A stretch of 64,000 bases of DNA from NCBI RefSeq assembly GCF_009914755.1, contig NC_060942.1; one strand, given 5' to 3'. Below are positions 30,921 through 46,255 of the stretch, one piece after another. Position numbers and translations under genes: made by a program. The notes below the pieces were generated by a model, which was given only the letters and a program-made list of their open reading frames with translations, was not told the DNA's origin and searched no databases. Positions within the stretch are counted from its first letter, which is position 1. Every line of letters begins with the position of its first letter. This DNA is from the human T2T-CHM13v2.0 reference genome, Homo sapiens.

Positions 30921-31429
30921 GGCTAAGTTTACCACTGTTTTTCCAAAAAGTATCTCACACCTTCAAGGTATCACTAATACTTTTAGCTAAGATTATAGTT
31001 TGAGAATGAAATTAGGGAAAAAAAAACCTCTATGATGACTAAGGTTAGATAACTATTATAAAAAATAATCTATCTCATTGATGATTTGTGAGACTGAAGA
31101 CATTTAAAGCCACTCATATTCTAATTATAGCTATTATCTATTCATGTAGTTATTCATTAATCAAACATTCATTAAACCCACAGTATGTCTCAAGCATTTG
31201 GTTAGGCATCGTATAAAAGAATGGTTGTATTACTTCTTTAAAGTTCTAGCCTACCATAGCATTGCACCCAATCTGCAGAAATACTGTTAACCCAAAGCAG
31301 AAAGTTATTGGAGAGACGAGAAATGTTAAGAAATTAAGAATTTAACAGTACATTGCCAAGGCTGTCTAGAAAAGAAGGGGCTTCTACCTTTTAGCCTACC
31401 TTCTGGCAAAATAATTATAGTAACCACAA

Positions 31430-31640
31430 GCTAACATTTATTTAGTATAAGCTGTGTGCTACTTCTGCTAGTGTATTTAATCCTCAAATCAGTCTTGCAG
31501 CGTTACTATTCCCACTTCTTGAGGGAAGAAACTGAAGCTAAGCAGTTTAATGAATTTGCTCAAGATTACATAAATAAAGCTGGGAGCCAGAATTTGAATC
31601 TAGGTCTCTTTTATTTCAAAGCCCTCTACTTTCACATAAT
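31430..31640 (-). mobile_element. MIR
   Basis: atttaatcctca...gaagaaactgaagctaag...agccagaatttgaatctaggtct. Confidence 0.75.
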
Positions 31641-32752
31641 GTGTGTGTATATATGTATTATATTATATATATTATATTATATATATATAATAACTTGATG
31701 ACATTAGCTGTTAACCATCCTTCAACTCTTGCTCCATGTTTATTAAACATACCTTTCTGATTTACTTAGAACTAACATTAAATATTTTCCTTGCATGGAG
31801 AGAATATTCCCCCAGTGATTTTGTATGGTTGATTCCCTTGGACATTATATATTTAAAAATTGTTATTAAACAATTTTATATTGGGATTTATACTGCCTTC
31901 TCTTGTGAATTTGACTAACATGAATTAGCCTTTTCCATACAAGCATCACTTCTGAACACATTTACGAATTGCTTTATTTGGTCTACAGAACTCAGGACCC
32001 GATCCTAGACCAATGTATTCTGAGTATCTAAGCAAAATATCTACCTTATCATTATCTGTATTCTCAGAAATAATACAGTAGTTTTGTTTTTTCTTAAAAA
32101 TATCAAATTCACAAAAAAGTTTCAAGTGTAGAAAGTTTTTACCTGAATCATTTGAGGGTTAGTTATCAACATGATGTTTTATCATTTGTTGTGGAAAGAT
32201 GAATACTTTTGTCTCCCTAATAATGACAAATTAGGTCATTCTCTTATATAACATAATCTATAGCCCAATGATGAAAATTAGGAAAGTAACATTACTACTA
32301 TATAATGCCCAAACCAAATTCACATTTCTCCAATTATCCCAATAATGTTCATTACAGCAAAAGGCCCCAGTCCAGAATTATGTTTTGCATTTAGTTGTCA
32401 CATCTCCTTAGTCCTCATCATTGTAGATCTGTTCCTCTTTCCTTGGCTTTCATTATCTTGACTTTCTGGAATAACTACAGGTCTAGTTATTTTGTGTGAT
32501 GTCCCTTAAATTGGGTTTGTTTGATATTTTCTCATGATTAGATTCAATGTTTGAATATTCAAAAGGAATATCACGCAAGTGATGCTGTGTTCCTCTTATT
32601 GCATTCTATCAGGTGGAACATGGTTTCTGTATGTCTCATTTTTGCTCATGTTAAATTTGATGACTTTATTATGGTGGTGTCTACCAGGGTTCTTCTCAGT
32701 GAAATGACCCTTTGCTGTTAATTAATAAATATTTTTTGGGGAAGTACTTTGA

Positions 32753-33119
<367 letters not shown>

Positions 33120-33497
33120 TATTTATTTTATATTACTGTAGACTAATGCACTGTTAGCATAGCCAATGCACTATAATATTTTACTATTTACTTTGGTGCT
33201 CAAATAGTCTAGGATTTCACCAGTAGGAGCCTCCTCAGTTTGGCTGCTGTGTCCTTTTGACATATCTCCATAATTCTGTGAGCACTTAACTTGTGGTACA
33301 ATAAACTGTTCCAGAATCACCTTGTACTTTTTTCTGCCACAGCCCTGGATCCATCCATTGCTCCAGGAAACTCTTGTTTCAATATACAATGTCATTTAGA
33401 TGTGGGCGTCAGATGTGCTTGTTGCTACTGAGGTATCATCACTCCCAGGACCTTTCTGGGGATATAAGTAGGGGACACATTAATATTTATGTGTGTT

Positions 33498-33910
33498 GTG
33501 ATGACCTTTTGACATGTGAAGAGGACTAAGGTACAATAACCAATTATTCAAAGACTAGTTCACCCACAAAAACTAAAAAGTAAAAAATTCAAAACAAAAA
33601 ACTCTGGTCTTGGTGTTGCTGTGAAGATAGTAGAAATAATTAGAGTTTACAATGAATGGACTTTAAGTAATGCACAGATTATCCCAGATATTGAATTTCC
33701 CTGATTGACTCAATTAAAAGACCTCAAATGTGGAACTAAGCCTTTCTTGAAAAAGTTTTGCTTCTGAAAAGCAGCTTCAGCCTGTGCCTGAGAATTCCAG
33801 CCTGCCCTTTTTGATGGCCTACCCTACAGATTTCAGACTTACCTAGATAGACCCCACAATCACATAAGCCAATTCCTTTCAATAAACCTCTTATTATAGA
33901 CTTCTTATAT
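33498..33910 (+). mobile_element. ERVL LTR (MLT2D-like), partial
   Basis: cagcctgtgcctgagaattccagcctgccc...ccctacagatttcagacttac...ccacaatcacataagccaattccttt. Confidence 0.65.
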
Positions 33911-34565
33911 ATGTGTCATGAGTTATATCAAAATTTCCAATTCTAATCCAACACCTGGTTTTTCCCCTTTCATTTGTAACTCTTTTTCTTTGATAGTGAA
34001 AAATATTATTTCCATTATCCTTAATGTGATTACTTACGGGATCAATTCCCATGAGTGTGTCCAATTTCCCATCACTGCTGTCTACTTCTCCCTAATGGGG
34101 TCACATGCTTACCTCACCCTGGCTGTCACAACCAGAGCCAGGTTGCCCAACTGTATGGATGCTTTCTTCAATCTTCATATGCCCCCACACTGTCCTCCTT
34201 TCTAGATGGACATCCTCCTCACCCTGCTTATTTTCTGACATCCTGTGTTGGCCACCCTCATATACTGAAACAGTCTTCATCCCACTCAGTCTGGGAAAGC
34301 CTGTCCCAGACTATCTCCCTTGCACAAAAATTTCTCCTCACTCATCACAGGCTCAGACACCCTGGACTCATTTTCCAAACCCTGTGTGGATGCCCTTCCG
34401 ACTCATGCTCACATGTACTGCTCTGGGCTACTGCACTTCCCTATCACCTCATCCACCTCTAACACACAGTCGCGTACATTATGGAGCCTCACCAAATGCC
34501 TCTTGGACTAAATTACTCAGGGAAGGAGGAGGAAGAGAATGAGTGGAAGCTGACTTTCTCAAGGT

Positions 34566-34780
34566 CAGTGGTTCTCAGTCCAGAACAATTTTACCTCCCA
34601 GGGGTCATTTAGCAATTTGTGGAGACATTTTTTGTTGTCAGAACTAAGCGGCTGCTATTGACCCCTCATAGATAGGGGCCAGGGACACTGCTAAACATTC
34701 TACATGTGCAGGACAGCCCTCACAACCAACCAAGAACCATTGACCCCAAAAGTCAACAATCCCAAGGTTGGAAAACCCTG
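34566..34780 (+). mobile_element. MER20 (hAT-Charlie)
   Basis: cagtggttctca...ccaggggtcatttagcaatttgtggagacatttt...ccaaggttggaaaaccctg. Confidence 0.85.
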
Positions 34781-35249
34781 CTGTAGGCAGGTGTCCTGAG
34801 GACACTGAAAACTCTTAATTTTCAAATACTTTTTAGGCTTTTAGTTTTCTCTTGAATCACACAAGAGTCATCTGTTTCCAGTGAGACTCAACCAATATAA
34901 ATTGACAGATCATTCAACTGTCAATCAAATTAAATTATTTTGTTCCTCCAAAAAATTACAATTTGAAAGTTCATTTTATTAGATCAGCTATCCAAACAGA
35001 TGGTTGAGAAGCAGGGACTCTCAAAATTTCATGTAGGTACAGTGCTGGTGAGTCAGCCAGATTCCTACAAATTGATTCTCACAAGTAGATTGTAAATTTT
35101 TGTATTGGTTAAGTTTTAAATGGTCACATGCAAAACATGCTCTCTAGTAACTCTGCAGAATTGAACTCATGGGTGTTGGATGGGAATGCCAAGATGATAC
35201 CATATGCTGCACTATGAAAAGTGGGATGAGAAGAAGAAACAATGATACA

Positions 35250-35432
35250 AAACATTGGTCCTCAAAGTGTGTTCTGTGGACCAACAGCATCAGCATCATC
35301 TGGGAGCTTAAAAAAATCTCAACACCCAGCTTGCATCCCATACCATCTGATTTAGGACTTCTACTACGCAGAAATATGTATTTGAGTAAGCTTTCAGTGA
35401 TTACAATACTTGTAGAAGGTTAAAAACCACGG
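35250..35432. mobile_element. MER5A
   Basis: ggtcctcaaagtgtgttctgtggaccaacagcatcagcatcatctgggagctt. Confidence 0.75.
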
Positions 35433-36169
35433 GATAAGGAGCACTAGTCTGAGAAGCATCAACATTTTCTAATCTATGAAGTGGAGAACAATCATATCTT
35501 CTCTGCTTATATTACAGAACTATCAAAAATATTATGAGGCCATTGATTATATGAGATAGAATAATAACTTGTTATGACACAGCATTGTCACTAGGTTAAT
35601 TGTATTAGAAAACATGTATGTATCTATCTTCTCCATCAGCCATTTCTGTTGATTATATACTTGCTTAGCAAGTATACTGTAGAAAAGCACAAGCTTTGTG
35701 TCAACTACAGCAGGCTCTAAATCTGTTCCCTACTAGCCACATGAAAATCCAGTTAACCCCTCTGATCCTCTGTTTACATATGTTTATAAAGTTTTCCTGT
35801 TTAGAAAAAAACAACTTTTCATGTTTGGTCAGATGGCAATACAGTAAGAGTGCATATCTCTTGTGATTTGAGATCTGGAGTTATGCATAAAAATTTTTTA
35901 GCTTAGTATGATTTATTTACTTTTGCATTATTTGTGCACTAAGCAATCAATACATCAAAAATGTAAGAATACTTTTTAAAGGAAAAGTCAACTCATGTTA
36001 AATATTAGTTTGAGATCCTCCCTAACCCAGTAAGCCACACATACTTGAGCTTTGTCATAAGTATTCGAAAGCCTCTGAGGTCTTTGCCAATTACATCTAA
36101 ATTCTCTGCAGGGTTCTGGAGGACCTAACTTGTTGAAAGCCTGCTTAATAATAATGGGAGTCATGATTC

Positions 36170-36300
36170 TTATATATATAATATGTTAATAATATGACAT
36201 ATCATATATTATTATTAATAATATTACATATCATATATTAATAGTAATATTACATATCATATATTATTAATACTATTGTGTATATTATATATATTCTTAT
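36170..36300. repeat. AT-rich low-complexity / degenerate minisatellite
   Basis: Repeated attacatatcatatattatt units. Confidence 0.85.
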
Positions 36301-36304
36301 ACTC

Positions 36305-36608
36305 AGGTTATCCCCATCAAACTAATGCAGAAACAGAAAACCAAACACTGCATGTTCTCACTTATAAGTGGGAGCTGAACAATGAGAACACATGGACACA
36401 GGGAGGGGAACAACACACACAGAGGCCTGTCGAGGGGTGGGATGGGGGAGGGAAAGCATTAGGAAAAATACCTAATACATGCTGAGCTTAATTCCTAGGT
36501 GATGGATTGACAGGTGCAGCAAACCACCATGGCACACATTTACCTATGTAACAAACCTGCACATCCTGGACATGTAACCCGGAACTTAAAAATAAAAATT
36601 AAAAAAAA
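36305..36608 (+). mobile_element. Old L1PA (about PA13-16) 3' end
   Basis: aaactaatgcagaaacagaaaaccaaacactgcatgttctcacttataagtggg...ggaacttaaaaataaaa. Confidence 0.88.
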
Positions 36609-36769
36609 TTTAAAGCCTCTGTGCCCCACTGCAGACCTTCTACATAAGAATTTGTGGAGGCTGGGCTAAGGTATCTATAGAAACAGTGAGCCCACATCGG
36701 CTTCTATTGCATATAGATGTCCAAAATCAGTGTGATAAATGGTTGAGAAATTATGAATTTTTACACTTG

Positions 36770-39295
36770 CTTTTATTTTTTAAATTTTTAATTTTTATGT
36801 AATTATAGATTAATTGTAGTTTTAGAAATAATAAACACAGAGCTCATATACACTTCACTCAGTTTCCCCCAAAGGTAAAATCTTGCATAACTACAGTGCA
36901 ATACCTCAACCAGGAAATTGAAATTGGTGCGATTCGTGGACTTCATTCACATTTCAACAGTTTTTATACACTCATTTATTTGTGTATGCGTTTATATATG
37001 TTTTGTTTAATTGATCACATCTGTAGATCATGTGACCACCACCAAGGTCAAGATACAGAATTACTCTCTCACAAGGGTCCTTTTTGCTACCCTTTTATAG
37101 CCTCAGATATCTCCCTTCTCACTCCAAAACTACTAGGAATCAGTAATCTGTTCTCTATCTCTACAATTTTGTAATTTCAAAATATTAAATGGAATCATGT
37201 AGTGTGCAACCTTTTGACATTTTCTTCTTTTGACTCAGCATAATGCTATTGAGATTCATCCAAGTTGCTGTGTGTATCAATACTTTATTCCTTTTTGTTG
37301 CTTAATAGTGTTTCATGGTATGGAAGTAGCACAGTTTATGTAGCCATTTACCTATTGAATGACAACTGAGTTGTTTCCAGTTGGGATGACTATGAATAAT
37401 CCTGTTATGAACATTGGTGTACATGTTTATGAAAACATAAGTTTTAATTGCTTTGTAATAAATGCCCAAGTGCAATTACTGGGTTATATAGGAAGAACAT
37501 GTTTATTTTTTATTAGAAACTTCCAGACCCTTTTCCAGAGCGGCTATACCATTTTACATTCCCACTAGCAACATATGAGTGATTCAGTTTCTCCATATCC
37601 TCACCAACATTTGGTATTTTTCATATTTTTTATTTTAGCTATTAGGATAGGTGTGTAGTGATATCTTTATGTTCTTAATTTGCATTTCCCTAAAGGCTAA
37701 CGGTGTTGAGTATCTTCACATGTGCTTATTTGCCATCTATATATCTTCTTCAGTGAAATGTCTTATGTCCTCTTTCCATATTCTAATTGGATTATTGGTT
37801 TGTCTGTTACTGTTGAGTATGAGAATGTTTTATATTTTCTAGACACTAGTCCGTTGTTAGATATATGGTTTGCAATATTTTCTTCATATCTGTAACTTTT
37901 TTTACCACTCTTCTCAGAGTCTTTTGCCAAGTAAAATAATTTTTAAAGTGAGATCAAATTTATGATTTTTCCTCTTATGAGTCATGCTCTTGATGTCAAG
38001 TTTAAAAATATTTTGCCTGTTCCTAGCTCCTCAAAGATTGGATTATAATATGTATATTTGAGAGTTTTATAGTCTTACACTTTGCATTTAGGCCTGTGCT
38101 TTATTTTGAGTTAATTTTTGCCTATTGATGTGCAATTGCTTCAGCACCAATTGTCGAAGAAACTATCCTTCCTCTATTGAATCACTTTTGCACCTTTGTC
38201 AAAAATCAGTTGGACCTATTCTATGTGCTTTTGCTGGGTTCTCTATTCCGTCCTATTGATGTCTTATTTGCATTTAAGTCTTTGATCCATAAGTCTGTGT
38301 CTCTTGTATTAAATCTGTATCCCTTCTCTAATACTATATTATCTTGATGACTGTAGCTTTATAAGTCTTGAAATCAATTAGATTCATTCATTCCATTTCA
38401 TTCTGCTTTATCAAAATTATTTTATCTGCTCTAGGCTTTGTGTCTTTCCATATACATATGAGAATAAGTTTGTCCATTTCTACAAAGTTTTATTAGGGTT
38501 TTTATGGAAATTGTATTAATCCTATAAATCCATTTAAGTAGCATTGACATCTTTACAATGTTGAGCCTTACAATTCATGAATATAGTATGTCTCTCCATT
38601 TATTTAGATCTTCCTGGGCTTTCCTTCATTAATGTCTGAATTTTTAAGATATAGATCCTGCATATGTCTATATTTTTAAGATATAGATCCTGCATAGGTT
38701 TTATTAGATTTTTGCTTAATTATCTTATTTGAAGCAATTGTAATTTGTATGGTGTATTAAATTTCTGTTTCCACATGTTCATTTTTGGTATAGAAAAATC
38801 TGATTAATTTTTGTTTATGTGTATTATCTTGTGTCCTGTGACATTTCTGAACATACTTACTAGTTTTAAGAGGTTTTTGTGAGTTAGCTGGGATTTTCTG
38901 TGTAGACAACCATGTTTTCTACAAATAAGGACAATTTTATTTCTTCTGTTTTAATCTAGGCATTCTTGTTTTCTTTTCTTGACTTATTGTGCCAGGTAGA
39001 ACTTCCAGCATTTTGTTGAATAAGAGTGGTGAGTGTGGATATACTTGTTTTTCTCTCAGTCTTAGGGGAAAAGGATTCAATCTTTCACACCTTTCACTAA
39101 GCATGATATTGTCTGTTGGCTTTTTGTAGGTGCTACTTATTAAGTTGAGGAATTTCTCCTCTATTCTTATTTTCTTAGAGTTTTTATCATGAATGGGTGT
39201 TGGATTTTGTCCAATGTTTTCCTGCATAAATATGATCATATGATTTTTATTTTTTAACCTGTGGATAGTGATGGATTCATAAAGCTCTAACATTT
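36770..39295 (-). mobile_element. Old L1 (L1MC/L1MD) 3'UTR plus degraded ORF2
   Basis: 3' end ttcactcagtttcccccaaaggtaaaatcttgcataact; minus-strand ORF 38937..39293 holds RT remnants (KNKNHMII, YKKPTDNIML, SPLLFN). Confidence 0.85.
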
Positions 39296-40147
39296 TCTCA
39301 ATCTTATTGTATTCTTAAAAAGAAGAAATAACTGTATTTTAATTATTTGGATAAATGTGTCGCATCATCATTTTCACCAGTATTTGGGAAGAAAAAGGAT
39401 ATTACTGAACCAAATATAAAATTACGCATAGAGAAGTTAGTTTCTTATAACATAAACTTAGACAATAAATGTAGAGGACTTCTGAGAGAGTACAGTGAAA
39501 TACTAAGATGTTTTGCTATAAAATTCTCTCCTTCACAAGTGAAAATCAGTCAACAACTTTATGATCTTATGAGGGCATATTCCCTCTCTTGTAAACAAGT
39601 TATCACCAAAACCTTTTTTGGCTGGCATAAAATCATGAACTATGTTATGGCATATATGCAACAGATAATGTTTTTAAGTATTCTGCACATCAGTAAATTT
39701 TTGCTTAAGTTAATTCTTCTCTGCTTAATGGCTTGTATAACTGATGGTTGCTGTCTTATCGGAGACTCTAATGCATTAGAATAGTGTTGAATCTGGAAAA
39801 AATAAATCATATTCCTCTGCAAATTATGCATATATGCATATACACAAAGAGTTGTGTGTAAATACATCGCTTTACTTACACAACTAAATGACTCAGATGC
39901 TCTGAGTATAAACAAATCAAGGAGCCAAGTAAATTAAATACTTTGGAAAATTGCACTATCATGTTTGGGCAACTAAATTCAATTTATGTGCTGAATTAGT
40001 AATTCACTGCTCGACTGGAAAATTTAAGATAGGCAGTAAGCAAAGATTCCAGAGGAGTACATTTGCTCTGCATTCATGGGTCTCAGTAAAGGAGATAAGG
40101 CTTTTTAATTGGTAGACATAATTATCTTCAAAAAATCCTTCAACCTT

Positions 40148-40605
40148 CTATTTTAGTTTCCTAGGACTTTCATAATACCACAAACTGGGTAGCTTAAACC
40201 AATAAAAATTTATTCTCTCAAAATTATAGAGGCTAGAAGTATGAAATAAAAGTGTCAGCAGGGCCATGCTCTCTCTGAATGCTCTAAGGAAGAATCCTTT
40301 ACTGTCTGTTGGCAGCTTCTGGTGGTTGCCAGGAACCCTTGTCATTCCTTGGCTTGTAGATGTATAACTCCAATCTCTACCTCCGTTGTCACATGGCCTT
40401 ATTCCCTGGGTCTTTGCATATCTTTCTCCTCTATGTCTCTCCAGATTTCTCTCCTGTAAGTCATTGGATTTAGGGCCCACCCTAATTCATCATGACCTTG
40501 TCTTTGCTGATTACATATGCAAAGATTCTACTTTCAAACAAAGTCATGTTCTGAGTTCTGAGAAGACATAAATTGGGTGGTGGGGGAGTCACTATTTAAC
40601 ATAGA
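40148..40605 (-). mobile_element. MaLR solo LTR (MLT1C-like)
   Basis: ttagtttcctagg...ccacaaactgggtagcttaaac...cagcagggccatgctctctctgaa...ggatttagggcccaccctaat. Confidence 0.85.
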
Positions 40606-42216
40606 CTCATTCCCACCTTGCTTTGGGGTGTATTCACATTTAGCTTCCCATTTCTTGCCCTTATACAATGAGCATTTTACTGAAGAAGCAGTTTGCAGGT
40701 AACATTTCACTATTTGGTTGCTTCCGTAGTGTGAACCTCTAGAGTAACATGTTTCTGAATGTAAGTTCCCTCCTCTCAGGGTACTCTCACTTCAGCTAAG
40801 AACAAATTTATTTTTTAAACCAGAATGCAGAGTTTGTCTAAGTTTGCACTGTTAGGGGATGCTTTCATCCACCACCACTCCCACCCCTACGCTGCCCAAT
40901 CAGCCTCATGTTCTTTTTAAAAATTGTGTATTGAATAAATCACAATTAAATTTATCATGGAATTAACCAGTTACCATTTAATGTAATTCCTTATAAACAA
41001 TAATATTTGACAATTAGCCTATGGCAATAGTTTTGGCATACATGCAAGTGTGATTTTAGTTAGGCATTCTGAAAATCTGCAGGTAATTAACAAGCCATTA
41101 TTACTATCTCTCTTGACCTCTAAGGTGTTAATCACCATTCTAGGGATTAGTAATCAAGAGTACAGACTTGTGAAAGTAGCAGTTAAATTTTCCATCCTTT
41201 GAATGGACAAGAATTCAGTGAAACGCAATTCACTTCTCATCATCTATTCTTTACAAATATTACAGTGAGGGACTACTGCTAAGCCATATTTTAGGTAGAA
41301 ACATGTTAGGTAGAAAACACATGCAGAAAAAGTTTTTTTCTTTCTCCTCCAGATTTGGGATAGGGAGATGGGTGGGTGGATGAAGAAAGGTACAAGGATT
41401 TCAAAAAGCCAGTGAAAGATATAATAGCAAAGAATTGTGAAATGTTACCTCTTTTATAAAACAGAATACAAATAGGTAATAGTTTATGTTTATCTAGACT
41501 TATTAATTTAAAATACTTTCGTATTTTTTTGATAATGCCAAACTTTGGTGTATAGAAGGCAGGTGTTATTTTCCATAATTTCACAGATGAGAAAACTGAA
41601 GCTTGTTGGGGTTAAGAGACACACCCCTCAGCCAGCAGAATTGGAATTGCAATCACTAGCATGCACAACCACTGTTTTTTCATTACTATAGTTAACTCTT
41701 GGCTGATAGCAATTCCTAAAGCATTCTCCATCACATTTTGAACACTGCTATGGGGTCAAAATAGGAGCATAAAGTTTCAATTAACAACATCTAAGTTCTA
41801 AATTTAGCAGTTATCTGACCTTAGACATTTGTAAACTGGTGTAATAATACTTGCCCTACTTCCCTCGAGGGTTGAGAATGAAGCAGATAGAAAAGCAAAA
41901 CAAGGATGAGACACTATGTGGGTTGGAAGAGAAGTGGGAGTGTGTGCTTGAGTGACAACTTTGAGATTCCTGGAAGGCACAGCTTGTGACAGGGCTTCCT
42001 GAGCTTCCCTGTTTCCTTTTATAATAAATCTCCCTGCTTTTAAACTTTAAAGAGTTTTGTATTGTTGTTGGTCTCTATAATGAAAATACTGTGTTCCAAA
42101 GACACCAAGTTTTCCAGATAGAAAGAAAGACCAACATTAAGCAAGTAATTTCATCAACGTATAACAAGAGTAGGGGAACGACCAAAGATGAATAGCATTT
42201 TAAGGTGCTATTATTC

Positions 42217-42340
42217 AGCCAGACATGGTGGTACATGTCTGTAGTCCCAGCTACTTGGGAGGCTGAGGCAGGGGCATGACTTAAGCTTGGGACTTCGAGT
42301 CCAGCCTGAGCAACATAGTAAGACCCCATTTCTTAAAAAA
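42217..42340 (+). mobile_element. FLAM_A/FAM Alu monomer
   Basis: gccagacatggtggtacatgtctgtagtcccagctac...; perfect 15-bp TSD taaggtgctattatt at 42201-42215 and 42341-42355. Confidence 0.88.
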
Positions 42341-43689
42341 TAAGGTGCTATTATTAATTTGTTTTTTTAGCATAATTTACTTTCAATCCATTAAAAATCA
42401 GGACTCAACAGGAGTCCTGAATTGTGAGGAGGGGCTTCCTGTGAAGTCGAGACGGTTAGAAGAGGATGGCATTAAATAAGAAGGTCTATTTTAATTCATT
42501 TCCAATTTAGCAGAGTTGGAAGTGACTTGTTCTCTTCCCACTGCTCCATTCCCCCAGTGTCTTTGCTTGTTTACTTCCTTTGTATATACAGTATTGCCAT
42601 TGGTTTTCTCTTGGAAGATATTTGGGAAAGGTAAAAATAAGTCCTCTCCTTTTTTGAAACTGGAGGATACTTCCTTTATTGTAAGAGGAAGGAAGAAGGG
42701 ATATGTATATGCCACACTAGTGTAAAGGTAAAACTCAATTAAAATATAACATCATAATTTTTTTTAATCATTAGACATGTTAAAATGCAATCACCCTGAA
42801 ATGTATTCATGATGAAGCACAGTGGATGGATGGAACCCATCTGCACAAAAGGCAATGTATTAAAAGGTTTTGAATCAAGCCTCCCTTGCTAGCGATAAAA
42901 AAATGACATTTTTACATGTGGCATAAAGCAACTAACAAACGAAGCTATAATCATGGGATTATTAGCAAATAAAGTTGCTTGCATTTATAGAGCCATAGAT
43001 CTTTTGGGAAACATCCATGTGGTAAGTAAAAAAAAAGAATTCATAGAAATTTATATAAAATTTCACAATGCAATGAATGATTTATTACAACTTTATTTGT
43101 ATTAACCCAGATGGTGCACAATTTGGATATGTAACCCTGCACATGAGAAATGCTTTATAAATGCCACATATCTCTGTTCTGCAGCAGTGACTGCATGCCA
43201 GGACAGCCTTCCACTCCAGAAGGCCCTTGCCAACACAAATAAAGAAGGGAAATGACATCTTACTTGTTGAAGTAAAGAAACTGCAGTGTAAACAATAACA
43301 ACAATCATGCAATCAGAGAAGTGATTAAGCAGGAAGAATTCATTCTAAATGCCTGACCATGGTGAACTTACAAAATATGACTGTTGCCTCTCGCCAGACA
43401 AAAAGAAACTTTGAAATAACTGTCTTCAACATTTCTGCTTTAAAAGTCCTTTTATAACCATCTGTTTTCTACTATTTATTACCAGAAAATATCAGAGTGA
43501 TTCAGTCTCTTTGATGGTATCCTTACTGACTTTCAAATAAGGCATGGGAGAAACTACTCTGGACTATTCAGTTTCAAATTCTTACATGGAAAGCTACAAC
43601 TGTCAAATGAAAGGACCTATTTCTCCATGTCCTTTATCTTTTTAAAGGAATTCTTAACATAGACTTTCAAGGTGTCTATGAATCCCGTG

Positions 43690-44057
43690 TGATATGATTT
43701 GGCTGTGTCACCACCCAAATCTCATCTTGAATTGTAACTCCCACAATTCCTACATGTCATGGGAGTTAACCCTATGGGAGGTGATTGAATTATGGGAGTG
43801 GGTCTTTCCTGTGCTGTTCTCATGATAGTGAATGAGTCTCACGAGATCTGATGGTTTTAAAAACAAGAGTTTCCCTGCACAAGCTCTCTCTCTTTGCCTA
43901 CTGCCATCCATGTAAGATATGACTTGCTCCTCTTTGCCTTCCACCATGATTGTGAGGCCTCCCCAGCCATGTGGAACTGTCCATTAAACTTCTTTCTTTT
44001 GTAAATTGCCTGGTCTCAGGTACGTCTTCATGAGCAATGTGAAAACAGATCAATAAA
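43690..44057 (+). mobile_element. THE1 (B/C/D) MaLR solo LTR
   Basis: tgatatgatttggctgtgtcaccacccaaatctcatcttgaattg...; 5-bp TSD ccgtg / ctgtg. Confidence 0.92.
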
Positions 44058-45314
44058 CTGTGAATAGATATTAAATATGTGTACATGCATCTTTTTACTG
44101 AGCAGGTTCAGAACAATAAGTGCCAATACTGATGTGCTTCAGTTTCTCCATGTAAAAAAATAGGAGGCTACAATTAACTGTTTTTTAAGATTTTTACACT
44201 GCTTGTGTACTTGAAGCATTTTCTTATATTAGGAGCTTTTCTACCCTGAAAAGAGATAGTTCTTCCAGTAAACATATTTGAGAAAAAGGTAATCAAATTG
44301 CTGAGTCAAGATTTAATTAATCAAATGTAAGATGTAATTTACTGAATTCAACAGATGGCATCCATTAGCAAGTCAAAGAAAAACTAAATATAAAGAGGAA
44401 GACATTTGGAGAATGACAAAGTGTTTATGTTCATATATTTTATGCTAAAGAAATTAAATCTTTTTGCCCAGTCTAGGAATGGGAAGTACAAAGAGAGTAA
44501 CCTTGCTTGTAGGGAGCATTTTTCTCCTTCTGAAATATTGGTTCATCCACTTATCTTGATTGTTCTACCTTAGAATTGGGCTGGGTCATTTTGGCCAAAT
44601 GAAAATGAAGGTAATTTGTTAAGGGAAATTCAAGTGAATCTAAAATAACCTTTCAGTAAAATAAAGATGAGAATAAAGTGAAACTGTCCATGAAGTTTGG
44701 CCTCTGGATATTTAATATAAAAAAGATACATAGATAACAATTTAAAAAATTAAAGTTATAAGCACAATGATGAAAATGAACCCAAATTCTTTTCCATTGT
44801 TTTCCTGCATGGCTGTATTACTTTGCTAAGTCCTTCACTACAAATTACCAAAAATGTGGTGTTTTGAAACAACAGAAATTTATTCCCATGCAGTTCTGGA
44901 GGTTTACATATCAATTCTACCTTAATAAAGATAAAAGAGTAATAAGGAATAATAAAAAAAATGCAGGTTTTAAAATCTATCCATTTCTATATATCCTGAG
45001 GGGATAATGCAGTAACCCAACATAGTTAGACAGCTATTTTGAGCTTTATAGTTAAATTAACCACAAAGGCTTAAGTTTCTTCTTTAAAATAGAATTTTTT
45101 AAACACAGAACTGTGAAACTATTTTAATGTATTTTAATAAGTTAAAACTAAATTCAATAATATCCATGTTAAATATCAAGTGGAATGATACCACCAAATA
45201 GTAATATTGATATAACAATATGTGAAGCAGACATAAATGAGTTTGAAAATATTTAAAAATTTCAATAATTTAATCTCAAATTTCAATAGAATTTATATAA
45301 ATTTTTATGCATAA

Positions 45315-45650
<336 letters not shown>

Positions 45651-45912
45651 TAAAGTTTTAGGCAAGCCCACCACCGTCTTTTTGAAATTATTGCCTTTAC
45701 GTATATCAGCTATTCACATCTATCTTTCTTAACAACATGTTAACCCCATCTTAATAGAATTTTGGAATCATGGGGTTTGAAGGAATTTTAAGGTCATCAA
45801 GTCCCCTATCTTCAGAATTCCCTGAGAGTGGTTTTTCTGATTAATTGATCACTTTCAGAGACAGAGAACCAGATCTCTCATGACAGATTCTTTCTTTTGC
45901 CGAAAATGATTG

Positions 45913-46255
45913 CAGTCATGTGGTGCTTAACATTGGGGATACATTCTGACAAATGCAACCTTAGCTAAATTTGTCTTTGTGCAAACATCACAGAGTGAAC
46001 TTACAAAAACCTAGATGATATAGCCTACTACACACCTAGGCTATACAGTGTAGCCCACTGCTCCTAGGCTACAAATCTGTGTGGCATGTTATGTCACTGA
46101 ATACTATAGGCAATTGTAACCCAATGGTAAGTATTTGTGTATTTAAACGTATCTTTAAAAAAAAGGTACTGTAAAAGTATGGTATTATAATCTTATAGGA
46201 CCATCCTTTTATTTGTAGTCCATTAACCAACATGTTGTTATGTGGCATATAACTG
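45913..46255 (+). mobile_element. Tigger3a (MER7A) MITE
   Basis: cagtcatgtggtgcttaacattggggatacattctga ... atagcctactacacacctaggctata ... gttatgtggcatataactg. Confidence 0.88.

Noticed and set aside
33918-34542. Overlapping 63-145 aa ORFs
   Set aside because: They lie in C-rich degenerate repeat sequence where stop codons are scarce
38641-38696. 32-bp-period duplication tttttaagatatagatcctgcata
   Set aside because: An ordinary slippage duplication inside a dead L1
39347-39784. 145-aa ORF
   Set aside because: Non-ATG start, AT-rich composition, no recognisable homology
42991-43021. 31-nt micro-exon (tttatag|...GTG|gtaagt)
   Set aside because: The polypyrimidine tract is poor, and a lone good donor is expected by chance in 64 kb
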